64,000 bases of DNA, taken from Octopus sinensis. Taxonomy: Eukaryota. Made by a program: the position numbers and the translations under genes. The stretch spans positions 40,424,001-40,488,000 of the forward strand of contig NC_043015.1 of assembly GCF_006345805.1 (NCBI RefSeq). Reading direction: 5' to 3'. The number at the start of each line of letters is the position of its first letter. Position 1 is the stretch's first letter. The notes below the pieces were generated by a model that was given only the letters and a program-made list of their open reading frames with translations, did no database searches and was not told the origin of the DNA. Positions 34,286 through 48,629 of this stretch are shown here, piece by piece.

Positions 34286-35394
34286 GCGAAAGATGTTTTG
34301 AAAGAATAATGTCTCTATAAAGAACTGGTCTCCTTGTCCTATTTCCTTTTGTCATACCTTCCCCCACTGACCCCAAATCTCCCTATCACTGGTCCCCCAC
34401 CCATCACTTTCCTATCTACTGCAGGATTCTGCAACTCTAGAGCAGAACTACATGTTTCACAAAACCTTTTCTGCTCTACCTCTTATCTTTTCCTCTCCCA
34501 CAAGCTGGAATCGCTTCCACTGACATTTTACATTGATTCCTCTTCTGTGCTATCAGTTATCTCTCTCCCTCTTCCATGAACCATTTCCTGTCGACTCATC
34601 CTTATCACTCTGCCCTCCACCCACTTGTCATCTCCCTTTCACCATTCCCCCACCCCATTCGTTATTACTGTTCCGCTTCCCATCACCCTTTCTGTACTGC
34701 CAGTCATCACCTACTCTCCCCAACCTTGCCTCCAGTTCATACTTATCAGCGATACACCTCCACCCTTGTTCCCCATTCATTACATTCGTTGGATCCTACC
34801 TCATCTCCAACCATCCCTCATCCTCCCCATACCCTCTCATAACTTCTACCAACTCACCCTTCAGTTCTCATTCTCTCGGCTATTTCCTATTGTGTACCTT
34901 AAGGGTATGCTGTGGCATCTCACCATCATCACCCTCACTAGTGCTAATGCCACCCATGTAAAAAGTTCCCAGAACACCGTCTGAAGTGGTTGGCATTAGG
35001 AAAGGCATCTAGCCATAGCAACCATGCCAAAGTAGCGACACCAGGGCACAATGTAGTTTTCTGACACAGTGGATCTGGTCGAACCATCCAACCTATGCCA
35101 GCTTGGAAAACAAGTATTTGAGGACAATGATGATGATGACAATGGCAGTGGTAGTGATGTGTGTGTGTGTGTGTGTGTGTGCGTGTGTGTATAACAGAGC
35201 ATTTCCAAGTCTTGGTCCATTTATGAAATATGTACACTCATGGAGTGGTTGGCGTTAAGAAGGGCATCCAGCTGTAGAAACACTGCCAGATCACACTGGA
35301 GCCTGGTGCAGCCTCCTGGCTTCCCAGACCCCGGTTGAACCGTCCAACCCATGCTAGCATGAAAAACGGACGTTAAACGATGATGATGATGATG

Positions 35395-35760
35395 TGTACA
35401 AAGTGTGATGTTAAATGGCAGTGAGTCAAGGACATTGTGTGTGGAGGGTGTGCAAATGCTGGGAAGGGATGAGAGACACGTGATCAGCAGGAATTGTAAA
35501 TATAGAAGTTATTGAACGACAGAGGATGGGCGGCGGACCGAGAGAAAAACTGGATTTAAGGGAAACCTGATGGAATGAGTAAGAGAGAAAAAGATGTGTT
35601 GGTGCAAACATGAGTCATATATGGGAAAATGTCAGACAGGTGAAGAAGGATCAGGTGACTGGACATGGGAAGAGCCTGTGGGGGGGAAAAGAAGGCACGG
35701 AAAGAAATGGTTAGGTTTTCTGTCAGGATGCTGAACATCACAAGGAATATGACGAATGAT
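35395..35760 (+). mobile_element. RTE-clade LINE C-terminal fragment (degenerate)
   Basis: VQSVMLNGSE... resembles the RTE motif VRSxMLYGSETW, followed by REKLDLR and later RMLNITRNMT remnants. A similar relic at 29650-29930 carries a 63-bp tandem duplication. Confidence 0.55.
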
Positions 35761-35919
35761 TGTAGCAAATAGTGAGCTCCAAAAACAGATCTACGCAACT
35801 GATGCCAGTATGGAAGAATATACAAGGACAATGCCAATGGTAATGGTGTTAGTGGTGTTGGTGGTGGTGATGATGACGATGATGATGGCACTATCCACAG
35901 AGAATTGTGACAGACTTAC

Positions 35920-36062
35920 CTTTGGCTCAGGAATATTGGACATTTGCTGAAAGAATTTCCTCTCTACCTCTAATTCAGCCCCGTTTTCAGTGGTGGACGC
36001 TGCTGTTGGTGTGTTAGCCATGTTATTCTGGTGATGAATGTCTCCATTGACAGAGATGTTCA
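35920..36062 (-). CDS. FNDC3A: FNDC3 coding exon 3, 143 nt, phase 1 to 0
   Basis: Acceptor ttgtgttttgcag|TG, donor AAG|gtaagt. Reads (V)NISVNGDIHHQNNMANTPTAASTTENGAELEVERKFFQQMSNIPEPK, leading into FN3 repeat 1. Confidence 0.88.
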
Positions 36063-36140
36063 CTGCAAAACACAAGAGGAGAAGAAAATATGAAAGAGAC
36101 CAAAAAAAAAAATGGGGGGGGGTCAAAGGCTTGGAATTAA

Positions 36141-36362
36141 CCCTTTAGCATTTAAACCAGCCATAACCGGCCAAAAATATTCTGCCTGTTCTATGCTCAA
36201 ACTGGCCAGATCTGGTCTCTCACACCAACCCTACAATATCGTTTTAAAAATTAACAGCTACCTCATCAAAATCTCATAGCTACAAGATAATGCATGATTA
36301 GTTCAAAACAATGTGGATGAAAAAAGGATTAATTTTGGTAGAATAATGTGAACACTAAAGGG
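36141..36362. mobile_element. piggyBac-type MITE
   Basis: TTAA|CCCTTTAG ... CTAAAGGG|TTAA. A decayed relative lies at about 48090-48310. Confidence 0.75.
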
Positions 36363-38167
36363 TTAAACACCCTACATATGTGAGAGTGAGTGAGCGTGTA
36401 TGTATGTATGTATGTATGTATGTATACTTACACACCCTCACAGGTGCAGGTATGGCTGTGTGATTGAGAAGGTGACTGTGATTGCCCAAGATTCCATTGT
36501 GTGGCATCTTGGGTATGTATTTTCTACTCTATCTTTGGGTAAATCAATGTCTTGTGAAAGAATTTGGCAGAAACAAACTGAAAAGCCTGCTATGTGTGTG
36601 TGTGTGAGAAAGAGAGAGAGGTTTTATAGATGCTGACTATTGCTTGTAGCTGAACCACAACTGATATGTTTCTCGGACAATTCCTGTCAAAAACAAAAAA
36701 TGTCTAGTATCTCTGTGCTTTCAAATTCCTCTAGAATTAAAACCCCCTTACTTGAAAAACAGGTAAGGGTTGGTGACGGAAAGAGAATCTTATCATTAAA
36801 ATCCTGCTTCAAGTCCCTCTTCTTCATCAAACCCTTCTTAGAAAACATCCAGGTAATGGACAAATACACACACACATGCTCAACAAGCATCTGCAGTGTT
36901 TCCTTCTACCAAATCTCACCAAAGTTTTGGTTAGTCTTGGATTACAGAAGAAGACATTAGCACCACATCGTTAAGAAGCAAGGTACTTAACCACCCAGCT
37001 ATGCCTGTGGTTATATTTAAAATTTTATATTTTTACATCAATAATTTTAATTTTGAAACAGAAATATCTGAACATGGTCAATGCCAGTGCCCCCCGATTG
37101 GTTCCTGTGCCGATGGCATGTAAAAAGCACCCACTACACCCTTAGAGTGGTTGGCGTCAGAATGAGCATCCAGCTGTAGAAACATTGCCAGATCAAAATT
37201 GAAGCCTGGTGCGGTCTCCTGGCTTTCCAGACCTCAGTCAAACCGTCCAACCCATGCCAGCTTGGAAAGCAGATGTTAAAACGATGATGATGATGATGAT
37301 GATTTATTACTTCTATAAAAATTAATTATTTTTTAACTAATTATATTTACTATTTCTCTAATGATCTGTTGCTTACATTATTAATTTGCAGAGGAAATCA
37401 GAAAGATAATTCAAACACAGCTGATTAATTTAAATAGAGGAAGTGGGACCTACTAAATTTAGTTCTCAGCACTTAATTACTTTGTTGCTAATTGGCTTAA
37501 TTACACATTCTTGGTTCCAGTTTCAAGACATGCAGAGATCAAGAAATATGAAAGAATGACCAAATTCCAATGTGCGTTGAATGACCTCACACACAAGCGC
37601 ACAGACATGCACTTATGTTTGACCACAGAAGCGCATACGTACATATATATGCATCGCAGAACACAAATACACACACACAAATTTACATACACATCGACAC
37701 ACACAAATATACATACACATAGACACACGCATATATGCATGAATTAAAGAGAAAAACTAGGCTATCTATTTAAAGAAGCTGATCATGCGACCTCTAATTA
37801 TAAACAAAAAAAGAAAACAAAGCAGAGAGAGAGAGAGAGGGTTGATGTCTTGGAGGGTTTGGTGGGAGGTCGGCGTTTGAGGTTACTCAGTTGATGTTGG
37901 CTGTTTGTGTGACTCATCCAACACCAAAGGTCACTGACACTTCAAATGGAAGAGGAGGAGGAGGAGGTTGCGGAGAAATCACTTCAGAATAGTATGCATG
38001 AATGTGAACATGTATGTGCGTATAGGCTAGTATGATATACATACATGCATACACACATATAAATATACATACATACACATATATATATACATATACATCA
38101 TCATCATCATCATCAGTCTCTTTTGATGGATACAAACATATATATATATATATACATACATATTCAT

Positions 38168-38234
<67 letters not shown>

Positions 38235-39761
38235 GGTAGGGGGGCTCAGAAAGGGGTCTCAGGGAGTAGCGTCCCTGCCTTCCCGAGCTAGTTTTCCAAT
38301 ACATTTCTTTAAAATCGTGGTAGAAGCCTTGGTCTCAAGATCACTCATGTCTAGAAACTGAGGTTAGGGGTAAGCAAGGGCATGCTCCCCATAGAAAATC
38401 CAGCTCCAAAAAAGCCTCATGATACCAAAGGAGAATGGGCACCAGCCAGCCCAAAGGTTGGGGTGGGCTGCACCCACCTACTTCGGTTCCTATGGCATTC
38501 AGATAGATCACGCCACACCTGTTAACGGGGACAAATCCCGAATTTAAATCACTGGATGATGATGATGATATACAGATACAGTGCAGTAGTGCATGCTGCT
38601 GACTAAGTTGATTTGGTGAACTGGAAGGCAGCCAAGTGTAGCTCTGATGAATAAATTCTAAACAATGTGAGCAAATATTAAACTTGACAGAGTAATGTGA
38701 ATGATAAAGGGTTAACGATCCAGGTGTAAAGTGATAGGTTTGAAAGAAAGGGCCTGTCACTTCATGTCCATAAAACTAAAGTGACCAGACAAACAACACA
38801 CAGCCTAGCCCTCCCTCCCCAGCAACAACCAACCCCAAACCTTATTCGGATACTGAGGTAGCATAATGTTTTTAGCTAGTGGACACAGTTTCCTTCGGTA
38901 GACTTAAAAACAGGGTCTCTCTAAGCAAGTATCTTGATTTCCAAGTCTGACTCCTGATCCACTTTGGCCAGTTACAGCATGGTCAGTGTCTGGCTGGAGG
39001 ACCAAAGAAACAGTTCCAAGAGTCAAAGACATCACTGAGACACTCTGTTCACTTTGTGGTACCATTGGTGAAGAGGGCAGGGTGGTGGTAAGGAAGACAG
39101 GAACAAGAAATACACCCAGCACTGTCAGATAAGGGTGGGGCATGGACAGTGATAAAGAAAGACATACTCAGAGCAACACCTGGTTTCTCTAATCAGATAT
39201 TTAAGTGATCAGGGTGTGCAATCATCAACGGGGCCCATAACCATAAAGCATGTGCCTATGTGTGTAGATATGCATATCTATGATAATAATAATAATAATA
39301 ACAATAATAATAATAATCCTTTCTACTGGAAGCATAAGGCCTCAAATTTTGGGGGAGGGGATTAATTGGTTACATCGACCCCAGTGTGTAACTGGTAATT
39401 ATTTAATCAACCCCAAAAGGATGAAAGGCAAAGTCGACCTTGGCGGAATTTGAACTCAGAACATAGAAGCAGATGAAATACAGCTAAGCATTTCACCCAG
39501 CGTGCTAATGATTCTGCCAGCTCACTGCCTTAATAATAATAATAATCTTTTCTACTCTATGCACAAGGCCTGAAATTTCTTTTGGGAGTGGGGCCAGTCG
39601 ATTAGATCGACACCAGTAAGCAATTGGTACTTAATTTATCGACCCCGAAAGGATGAAAGGCAAAGTCAACCTTGGTGGGATTTGAACTCAGAATACAGTG
39701 ATGGACAAAATGCTGCTAAGCACTCCACCCAGTGCACAAACAATTCTGCCAGCTCACTGCT

Positions 39762-39799
<38 letters not shown>

Positions 39800-39943
39800 T
39801 GTATTTATTTACATGTTGATGCAAACAGGAAAAATAGAACTCAAAACATGAGTCTGAGTATATTTCTGTCAGCCTAATAACGAAACTATCAGACCTTGAG
39901 TCACTCTGTTGCTTTTGCTAAATATTAATAAATATATATATAT

Positions 39944-40204
39944 AGGAGTGGCTGTGTGGTAAGTAGCTTGCTTACCAACAACATGGTTCCGGGTTCAGTC
40001 CCACTCCGTGGCACCTTGGGCAAGTGTCTTCTACTATAGCCTCAGGCTGACCAAAGCCTTGTGAGTGGATTTGGTAGACGGAAACTAAAAGAGGCCCGTC
40101 GTATATATGTATGTGTGTGTATATATAATATATATATATATATATGTATGTATGTGTGTGTATATATATATACATATATATATATATGTATGTATGTGTG
40201 TGTG

Positions 40205-40237
<33 letters not shown>

Positions 40238-40252
40238 GTATGTATGTGTGTG

Positions 40253-40297
<45 letters not shown>

Positions 40298-40740
40298 GTG
40301 TGTATGTATATATATATATTATATATATATATATGTATGTATGTGTGTGTATATATATATACATATATATATATATATGTATGTATGTGTGTATATATAT
40401 ATATAATATATATATATATAATATGTATGTATGTGTGTGTATGTATATATACATATATATATATAATATGTATGTATGTGTGTGTATGTATATATATATA
40501 TATATATATATAATGTATGTATGTGTGTGTATATGTGTTTGTCCCCCTACCATTGCTTGACAACTGATGCTGGTGTGTTTACGTCCCGGTAACTTAGTGG
40601 TTCGGCAAAAGAGACCGATAGAATAAGTACTAGGCTTACAAAGAATAAGTCCCCGGGGTCGATTTGCTCAACTAAAGGTGGTGCTCCAGCATGGCCGTAG
40701 TCAAATGACTGAAACAAGTAAAAGAGTAAAAGAATAAAGA
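39944..40740 (+). mobile_element. SINE family A copy with greatly expanded internal microsatellite
   Basis: Head 39944-40102, compound (TA/TG) block ~40102-40535, body to ~40740. Confidence 0.85.
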
Positions 40741-41271
40741 GTAAAAGTATATAAACACACACACACACATTAGTTTTCTCTGATAAAATGTTAAAATATT
40801 GAACTCTTTGAAGTTAGTGTGGTGTTTCTGAAAACCACAGTTATCAAATGATGCAGGGTGGATGGAGATGGTTATCAGGGTACAGCTGCAATACGTCAGA
40901 GCATAGAGGTGATAAATCAGGGTGGTGGTGCAGGGTACAGTAATAATATTAAAGGTTAAGTCACAGGGTACAGCAAGGAAATCAAGTGGTGAACTTTAAT
41001 ATTGGAGGGGAGGGGAAACTGTGGAGCACAGAAGACATATAAGGGTGGGAGCAGGGGTAGAGAAGACAGTGGGGTGGGGCAGTGAGAAGCGCAAGTGAAA
41101 TAAGGACAACAGCTGTTGCACAGACCAGCAGAATGGGTGGGTGAGTGTATATATGTATAAGGCAGGGGGGAGGGGTAAAGCAGATATATATATACACACA
41201 CCACACACACACAGAGGTACCAACAAGTACTTGTATGTATGACTTAGTATATTTACATGTGTATTGTATGA

Positions 41272-41869
41272 TACGAGGGTGAGTCAAAAAATAATGCCAT
41301 TTTGTTTAGGACAGGTACAATTACCAACACAGGAACATGTATCATACATCACAACGAAGCTGGTCCTCTGTGGATCACATCCCTATTCTCAACTTAGTCA
41401 CCGTTTCTCTCAATAGCAATGTTCCACCTTTGAATGAGAGCATGTATCCCTGCCCCGTAGAATTCTGTTGACTGTTCTTTGAGCCACATCTTCACTACAG
41501 TTTTCACTTCCTCATCACTGGAATAATTTAGCTCCTTCAGACTATCATCCCTTCGGCCCCACGAAAGAGGGTTTGAGAGGCAAACATTATTCCAGTGACG
41601 AGGAAGTGAAAACTGTAGTGAAGAAGTGGCTCAAAGAACAGTCAACAGAATTTTACGGGGCAGGGATACATGCTCTCATTCAATGGTGGAACATTGCTAT
41701 TGAGAGAAACTGACTATGTTGAGAAGTTGGGATGGGATCCACAGAGGACCAGCTTCATTTTGGTGTATGATACATGTTCCTGTGTTAGTAATTATACCTG
41801 TCCTAAACAAAATGGCATTACTTTTTGACTCTGAAACAAAATGCCATTATTTTGAGACTCACCCTCATA
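41272..41869. mobile_element. Fold-back mariner-derived element (two inverted transposase 3' ends)
   Basis: TA TSDs; terminal repeat CGAGGGTGAGTCAAAA. Right arm translates APSDYHPFGPTKEGLRGKHYSSDEEVKTVVKKWLKEQSTEFYGAGIHALIQWWNIAIERN (mariner C-terminus). Left arm 41274-41527 is its reverse complement. Confidence 0.9.
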
Positions 41870-42755
41870 TATATACACACACATATATATATATTTATAT
41901 ATATATGGCACATAAAAAGCACCAACCAATTGTGGTCGTTGCCAGCCTCCCCTATCACTTGTGCTGGTGGCACATAAAAAGCACCCACTACACTCATGGA
42001 GTGGTTGGCGTTAGGAAGGGCATCCAGCTGTAGAAACACTGCCAGATCAAGATTGGAGCCTGGTGCAGCCTTCTGACTTCCCAGACCCCGGTCGAACCGT
42101 CCAACCCATGCCAGCATGGAAAGCGGACGTTAAACGATGATGATGATGATATATATATGTATGCGTGCATGTATGTATATATGTTCACATGTCAGTCAGT
42201 GAATGAACAACAACAGTTGAAAACACAAACATTTCAAAGGTTCCCGTCTCAGTATCAACTCATGCACATGTGCACTACGAGAGCAACTTTTTGCTGAGGC
42301 TGCACATCAGCTGCTTGCAGCTCTGCTGGTGATTAGTAGTAGTGGTAGTAGTAGTAGCGGTGGTGGTGGTGGTGATGGGTTCTTGTTGTGAAGAACTGAG
42401 AAACTGGAACATCAACAACAACAACAGCAGCAGCAATAGCAGCAGGAGTTGCAGAAACAAAAACAGAAGTCTAGTGATTATGAGGAAGACGACGACGATG
42501 ATGGTGATGGTGATGAAAGATGAACTGTGTTAATGGACGGAGCGAGGCTGGTTGTTATGCAAGTCAAGAGCACAGCAGCAGCAGCAGCAGCAACAACAAC
42601 AACAGCATCAGCAGGATGGTGCAGCCGGGGACATGTGTGTGTGTGTGTGTGTGCAGTGGTAGTGAGTCATCCATTCGCAGCCTAAACAGAGAAGCTCGAT
42701 CACAAGACACTATTTAATGCAGAAGGATGGAGCCAATAGTTAGAAATAACGGACA

Positions 42756-42822
<67 letters not shown>

Positions 42823-42916
42823 GTGTTTGTGTATATATATATATATATGCATGTATATATATAATATATATATATGTGAGTGTATGTGTGTATATATATA
42901 TATATCTACACATATA

Positions 42917-42986
<70 letters not shown>

Positions 42987-43096
42987 GTTAAATCCTCCTT
43001 CCTTCTTTCCTTTCCTGAGCGTCCAATAACACCATACTTGTTCCATGTCCTCGAGTTGTTGTGTTTTCTCTTTGTGTTTTCATGTTTGGATTAACT

Positions 43097-43129
<33 letters not shown>

Positions 43130-43981
43130 ATGTATGTATGCATGTTTTTATGTATATATGTATTGTGTGTGTAAAATAGAATTGTCAACAGTTGGAATAG
43201 ATGGGATTGGGTGAGACAGAGTTATGAAATATGATTGGGGAAAGTGGGTGTAAGACGTTCGATGGAGGGGAGGGGTGTTTTTACAACTGTTCTCAAACAA
43301 GGATTAGCCCCATCACCACCACCACCACCACCATTATAAAAATAATCTACACACATGCGTGTGTATGTGTGCATGCATACGTATGTATGCATACATATAT
43401 ATATCTTTATGTAAATACGTAGCAGGAGATACGTATATATATTATCCTCAATGCCCTCACATATCTACTGCAACTACCCACCTCATCTCACCCCAATCTC
43501 GTCTATATTTCTCATTTGTTAGTCACCTCATCCTGTCCACTCACCCAAGCCTCTGCATCACCTCTCCTATTCTCACTGTTCCCAATGCCCCCTCTCCCCA
43601 GGGCATGCACTGACACTTCGTTGCCACCATCCATCTCCCCCTCACTATCGTCCCCTTTATTTTCCAACCCAGGTATTTACCCACGATCTACTCTTACAGC
43701 AAGACACCTATCCATGTCTCTCTATACATTTCATCTCTCGTCAACCGGACACAAAGCCTCACCTGCCTCCCAGTTGCAAGGTGGGTTTTGCCTGGCAATG
43801 TACTTGGTGACCCTGTTGGTGCTGGTGCTACATAAAAAGCACCCAGCTAGACTCTGTCAAGTGGTTGGCATTAGGAAAGGCATCCAGCTGTAGAAACTAT
43901 GCCAAAAAAAAAAAAAACAGACAATGGAACCTGATGTGGTTTCCAGCCTTACCAACTTTTCTCAAACTGTTCCTCAAGCAA

Positions 43982-44040
<59 letters not shown>

Positions 44041-44763
44041 CACTTGTTAATACACCCCACGTGTAAAAAAAGAAAAAAATCTCAAAAAAAGCTAAAATAT
44101 TCCATTAAAAATTTTGGCAAAGAATTCTTATGACAGCGCCTGTGGTGAACCTATAAATACCCAAAGCAGTGGAAACTAGTGAATGGCAAATGAAAGAGTG
44201 TGATGAAATTCTTTGGCTGTAAAAGAGTTTTTTTTCTTCTTTTTTTTTTTTTACAATGGGAAGCTATGTAAAGAATTAGCGCTGAAGTGGCTTCATTTTT
44301 GGTGTAAAAACTGAAAATCTGAAGACATAAATAACTGGGTATTGTTCACCATTTTGATTCTATTCTCAGAGTATTTCAGTAGAAATATTTATTGTTTTGT
44401 GCTTCTTGATGTATATGGGTGGGTGTCTTTTTTTTTTTTTTTGGGGGTGTGAAAACATAGTCTTGGAGTGACATCTGGTGCCTCTGAATATCATTGCTGC
44501 TATTTTTAGCTTTAAATTGGGACAAACTGGTCTCAGGTTTATAACTCTCCTTTATCTATTCCTTGCTTCAGTCATTTGACTGGGGTCATGCTGGGGGGGG
44601 GGGGGATAGTCAAACAATTTGACCCTACAGATTTTATTTTTAAAGCCTGGTACTTATTCTATCGGTCTCTTTTTGCCGGACTGCTAAGTTACAAGGACAT
44701 AAAGACACCAACACCAGTTATCGAGGGACAAATACAGACGTAAAGACACACACACACACACAA

Positions 44764-44803
<40 letters not shown>

Positions 44804-45861
44804 TATATACATACGACAGGCTTCTTTCAGTTTCCATCTGCCAAATCCACTCACAAGGCTCTGGGTCGGACAGAAGACATTTGGCTAAGGTGTCACTGAA
44901 CCCAGAACCATGTGGTTGGGAAGCAAGCTTCTTACCACACAACCACATGGTGTGCAGAAATAACATGTTCATGGTGCAGCATATATGCATACACACAAAC
45001 CCATGGTCTTGCACACTTACACACATGATTACACACACACACATGGACACACATAAATACACAGAAACAATTTCTATCAAGTTGTTTGCAATATGGTAGA
45101 TGTAAATACAGCCCAAAGCATTTAAAAAACAACTTCAAAACATCCTTTTCTACTCTAGGCACAAGGCCCCCAATTTTTTGAGGGGGAGGGGGCAGTTGAT
45201 TAGATCAATGCCAGTACGCAACTGGTACTTAATCTATCGACCCCCGAAAGGTTAATATCATCGCATCTTGTTGCCTGAGGATCAGAACTAAGAAACGCTG
45301 AGTAACAACAACACACAAACGCATGGCTTTGGAAATAGGTACAGCATGAGTCTTTGTGTCTGTGTTTGCCTCCACATTGCCGCTTGACAACCAGTGTTGG
45401 TGTGTTTACGTCCCTGTAACTTAGCAGTTCAGCAAAAGAAACCAACAGAATAAGCACCAAGCTTTGAAGAAGAATAAATAATGGGATCGATTCATTTGCC
45501 TAAAAATTCTTCAAAGCGGTGCCCCAGCATGGCCAAAGGCTAATGCCTGAAACAAGGAAAAGATGCTATAAGTACACACATGCACACACAGTCTATGGTT
45601 ATAAATATGCATACATGCTCACACACACATATACATGCATACACACATACATACATGCATGCATACATACACACATATATACATGCATATATATATATAT
45701 GTATGTAGCATGAAACAATTGCACCACTCTACCTTGGATATACTTGTTGCTTATTTTGATTATAATCACCCTATTTGATTTATATGGATTATACCATACA
45801 AAATTCTGGTGCCTTTGACTTAAGTACCATATTCATCTGATCTAAATTTTACTAAACTTAT

Positions 45862-45925
<64 letters not shown>

Positions 45926-46776
45926 CACACACACACACACACACTAAGAGACTAATCAAAATATTTGGCATATATGCATATCCACCATTCTCAACACAGA
46001 CCCCACCCACACACCCAAACAAACACACCCACCAACCTCCCCCCCCCCCCAAACACACCCGAACTCTCTTAACGTACACCCAGCAACACCGATATATATC
46101 CCGGTGCAGTGTGCCATAGTGCTGGAGACTTGCAAGTATGCACAGTTTAAAAATGCAAACACCTTTTCTGCTGAAGCCGGCTGCAAACTCTCGCTTTTAA
46201 GCATAAACAATCTTGATTATTGCATCTCTGGTTGCAGCTACGTCTCTATCTACATCTGTATATTTATATCTACACACACACATGCATGCATGCATAAATC
46301 TATGCGTGTATGTAAATATCCATTCACAACATGTCTGAGTGCTGTTGCTCTCTCTTCTATGTTGTTCTGTTGTTGCTGCATTTATTATAATACGGGGTTT
46401 TAATGGGACATTAACTATTCACACCACACACACACACACACACACAAAGAAGTTTGCTTAGCAACCATATGGTCTCAGGTTCAGTCCCACTGTACAGTAC
46501 CCCGAGCAAGGGTTTTCAACCATAGCCTCAGGCTGACCAATGCCTTGTGAGTGAATTTAGAAGGCAGAAACTGTGTGGAAGCCCATCATCATCATCGTTT
46601 AATGTCCGTTTTTCCATGCTGCCATGGGTTGGACAGTTCGACTGAGGTCTGGAAAGCCAGGAGCTGCACCAGGCTCCAATCTGATCTGGCAATGTTTCTA
46701 CAGCTGGATGCCTTTCCAAATGCCAACCACTCCTAGAGTATTGGGGTTTTTTTACATACCATGTTTGGATGGTGCT

Positions 46777-46809
<33 letters not shown>

Positions 46810-46834
46810 ATGTATATGTATGGTGGTGGTGGTG

Positions 46835-47152
46835 AAGGTGCATGGCTCAGTGGTTAGAGCGTCTACAATCATGACGTTGTGAGTTCGAATCCCAGACCAC
46901 GCTGTGTGTTGTGTTCTTGAGCAAGACACTTTATTTCACATTGCCCCAGTTCACTCAGCTGTACAAATGAGTTGTGACATCATACACCAAGCTGTATTGG
47001 CCCTTGCCTTTCCCTTGGTGGCGTGGAGAGGAGAGGATGGTATGCATGAGCACCTGCTGGTCTTCCATAAACAACCTTGCCCGGACTTGTGCCTGGGAGA
47101 GTAACTTTCTAGGTGCAACTCCATGGTCATTCATGACCGAAGGGGGTCTCGG
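46835..47152 (+). mobile_element. tRNA-derived SINE family C (V-domain-like core)
   Basis: TGGCTCAGTGGTTAGAGC (A box), GAGTTCGAATCCC (B box), then GTTGTGTTCTTGAGCAAGACACTT, resembling the V-SINE core (recalled). A related copy lies on the minus strand at ~55235-55480. Confidence 0.7.
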
Positions 47153-48491
47153 CATGGTGGTTGTGGTGATGATGGTGGAGGTAATGGATCTCTGATGTTT
47201 GACAATGAGGATTCAGTTGTCTGATCTCATCTGAATTACCAGCCCTTGAATTAAATTGCACTTGGCTGAGGATTCCACAGACATATTCCTTTAACGTGTG
47301 TGTGTTTATGTAACTAGTGGGTAATTAATCAAAACTGCTGGTCAAACAGAGGAAGATGGACAGAGGTTCTTAATCAAGCTGTGTAAAGTTGCAGGACAAA
47401 ATAGCAGATTCTAGCGCTCTACCATTATCTTGTCATTGAATCACTTCTTAGCAATACAGCCACTCCTACTGGACCAGGGACGACCTAGGGCTAAAGAACA
47501 ACAACAACAAATCTGAAAACTGTTAATTTCTCACCCCACCCCTCAATATAATTTTTTTCACCATTATAGGCATGTGGTAAGTAGCTTGCTTACCAACCAC
47601 ATGGTTCCGGGTTCAGTCCCACTGCGTGGCACCTTGGGCAAGTGTCTTCTACTATAGCCCTGGGCCGACCAAAGCCTTGAGAGTGGATTTGGTAGACGGA
47701 AACTGAAAGAAGCCCGTCGTATATATGTTTGTGTGTTTGTGTTTGTCCTCCCAACATCGCTTGACAACCGATGCTGGTGTGTTTACATCCCTGTAACTTA
47801 GCGGTTCAGCAAATGAGACCATTAGAATAAGTACCAGGCTTACAAAGAATAAGTCCTGGGGTCGATTTGCTCGACTAAAGGCGGTGCTCCAGCATGGCCG
47901 CAGTCAAATGACTGAAACAAGTAAAAGAGAAGAGAGAGTATTATCTCCCCACCCCACCCCATCATCGGATCTATTCAACCAGCAACAAATCCGGTGCCAC
48001 TGTTTTTAACCATTTTCTTTTTGTTTGTCTGGTCACTTGCACAAATGTCTACCAGTTGCCCAGAAACTGCCAGAATTAGGAATTGGTAATCTGACTCTTT
48101 AGCATTCAGATTATTCTGTCGAACATAAAGATTATTGATTCACATTGTTTGGAATTAATCATGCATTATCTCACAGCTTCACAAATTCGATGCTGTGATT
48201 GTTTATATTGGAAATGACATTGTAGGATAGGTACGAGAAGCTGGATCTAGCTCATTTGAACATAAAACTAGCAGAATACTGGGGACAGATATAGGGGGTC
48301 AGTTTCAAGAATCTTTTAAAAATAGAATTGTCTTCTCTTTTGAAATATTGACCCTGTTTTTTTATATATATTTTTTATATTAGACCAGTCTCCATTATCC
48401 AACATGTCAAATGTTAGATAAGGCGTTTTATATAATAACATGGAATCGGTTTGGTGGAAAGCAGAATGTCATAGTAGAATTGCCAGTTTAC

Positions 48492-48629
48492 CTGAATTGT
48501 TGTTAGTTTTGTTGTTCTTGTTCCGACGAGGTGGCTGCCTGTAATAGTTCCCTTCCTCTGTCTTTCGACATTTCTTGTACCAAGATCTCTGCCGGATTCT
48601 TTCTTCAGAGTTTAGAGGAGGACTTGGTC
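48492..48629 (-). CDS. FNDC3A: FNDC3 coding exon 2, 138 nt, phase 1 to 1
   Basis: Acceptor ttttgtgtttcag|GA, donor TCAG|gtaaac. Reads (G)PSPPLNSEERIRQRSWYKKCRKTEEGNYYRQPPRRNKNNKTNNNS with no stop; phases match both neighbours. Confidence 0.8.

Noticed and set aside
34330-34940. Pyrimidine-rich stretch as a possible degenerate retroelement
   Set aside because: I could not recover ordered protein motifs; it needs a translated search.
38904-39143. 79-aa ORF as an extra FNDC3 exon
   Set aside because: No convincing acceptor/donor pair or family similarity, and exons 2 and 3 already join in phase.
39972-40563. Long Y/I/H/T and C/V/M ORFs (also ~9175-9565, 13807-14397, 61225-61763, 62705-63439)
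   Set aside because: They are translations of dinucleotide microsatellites.
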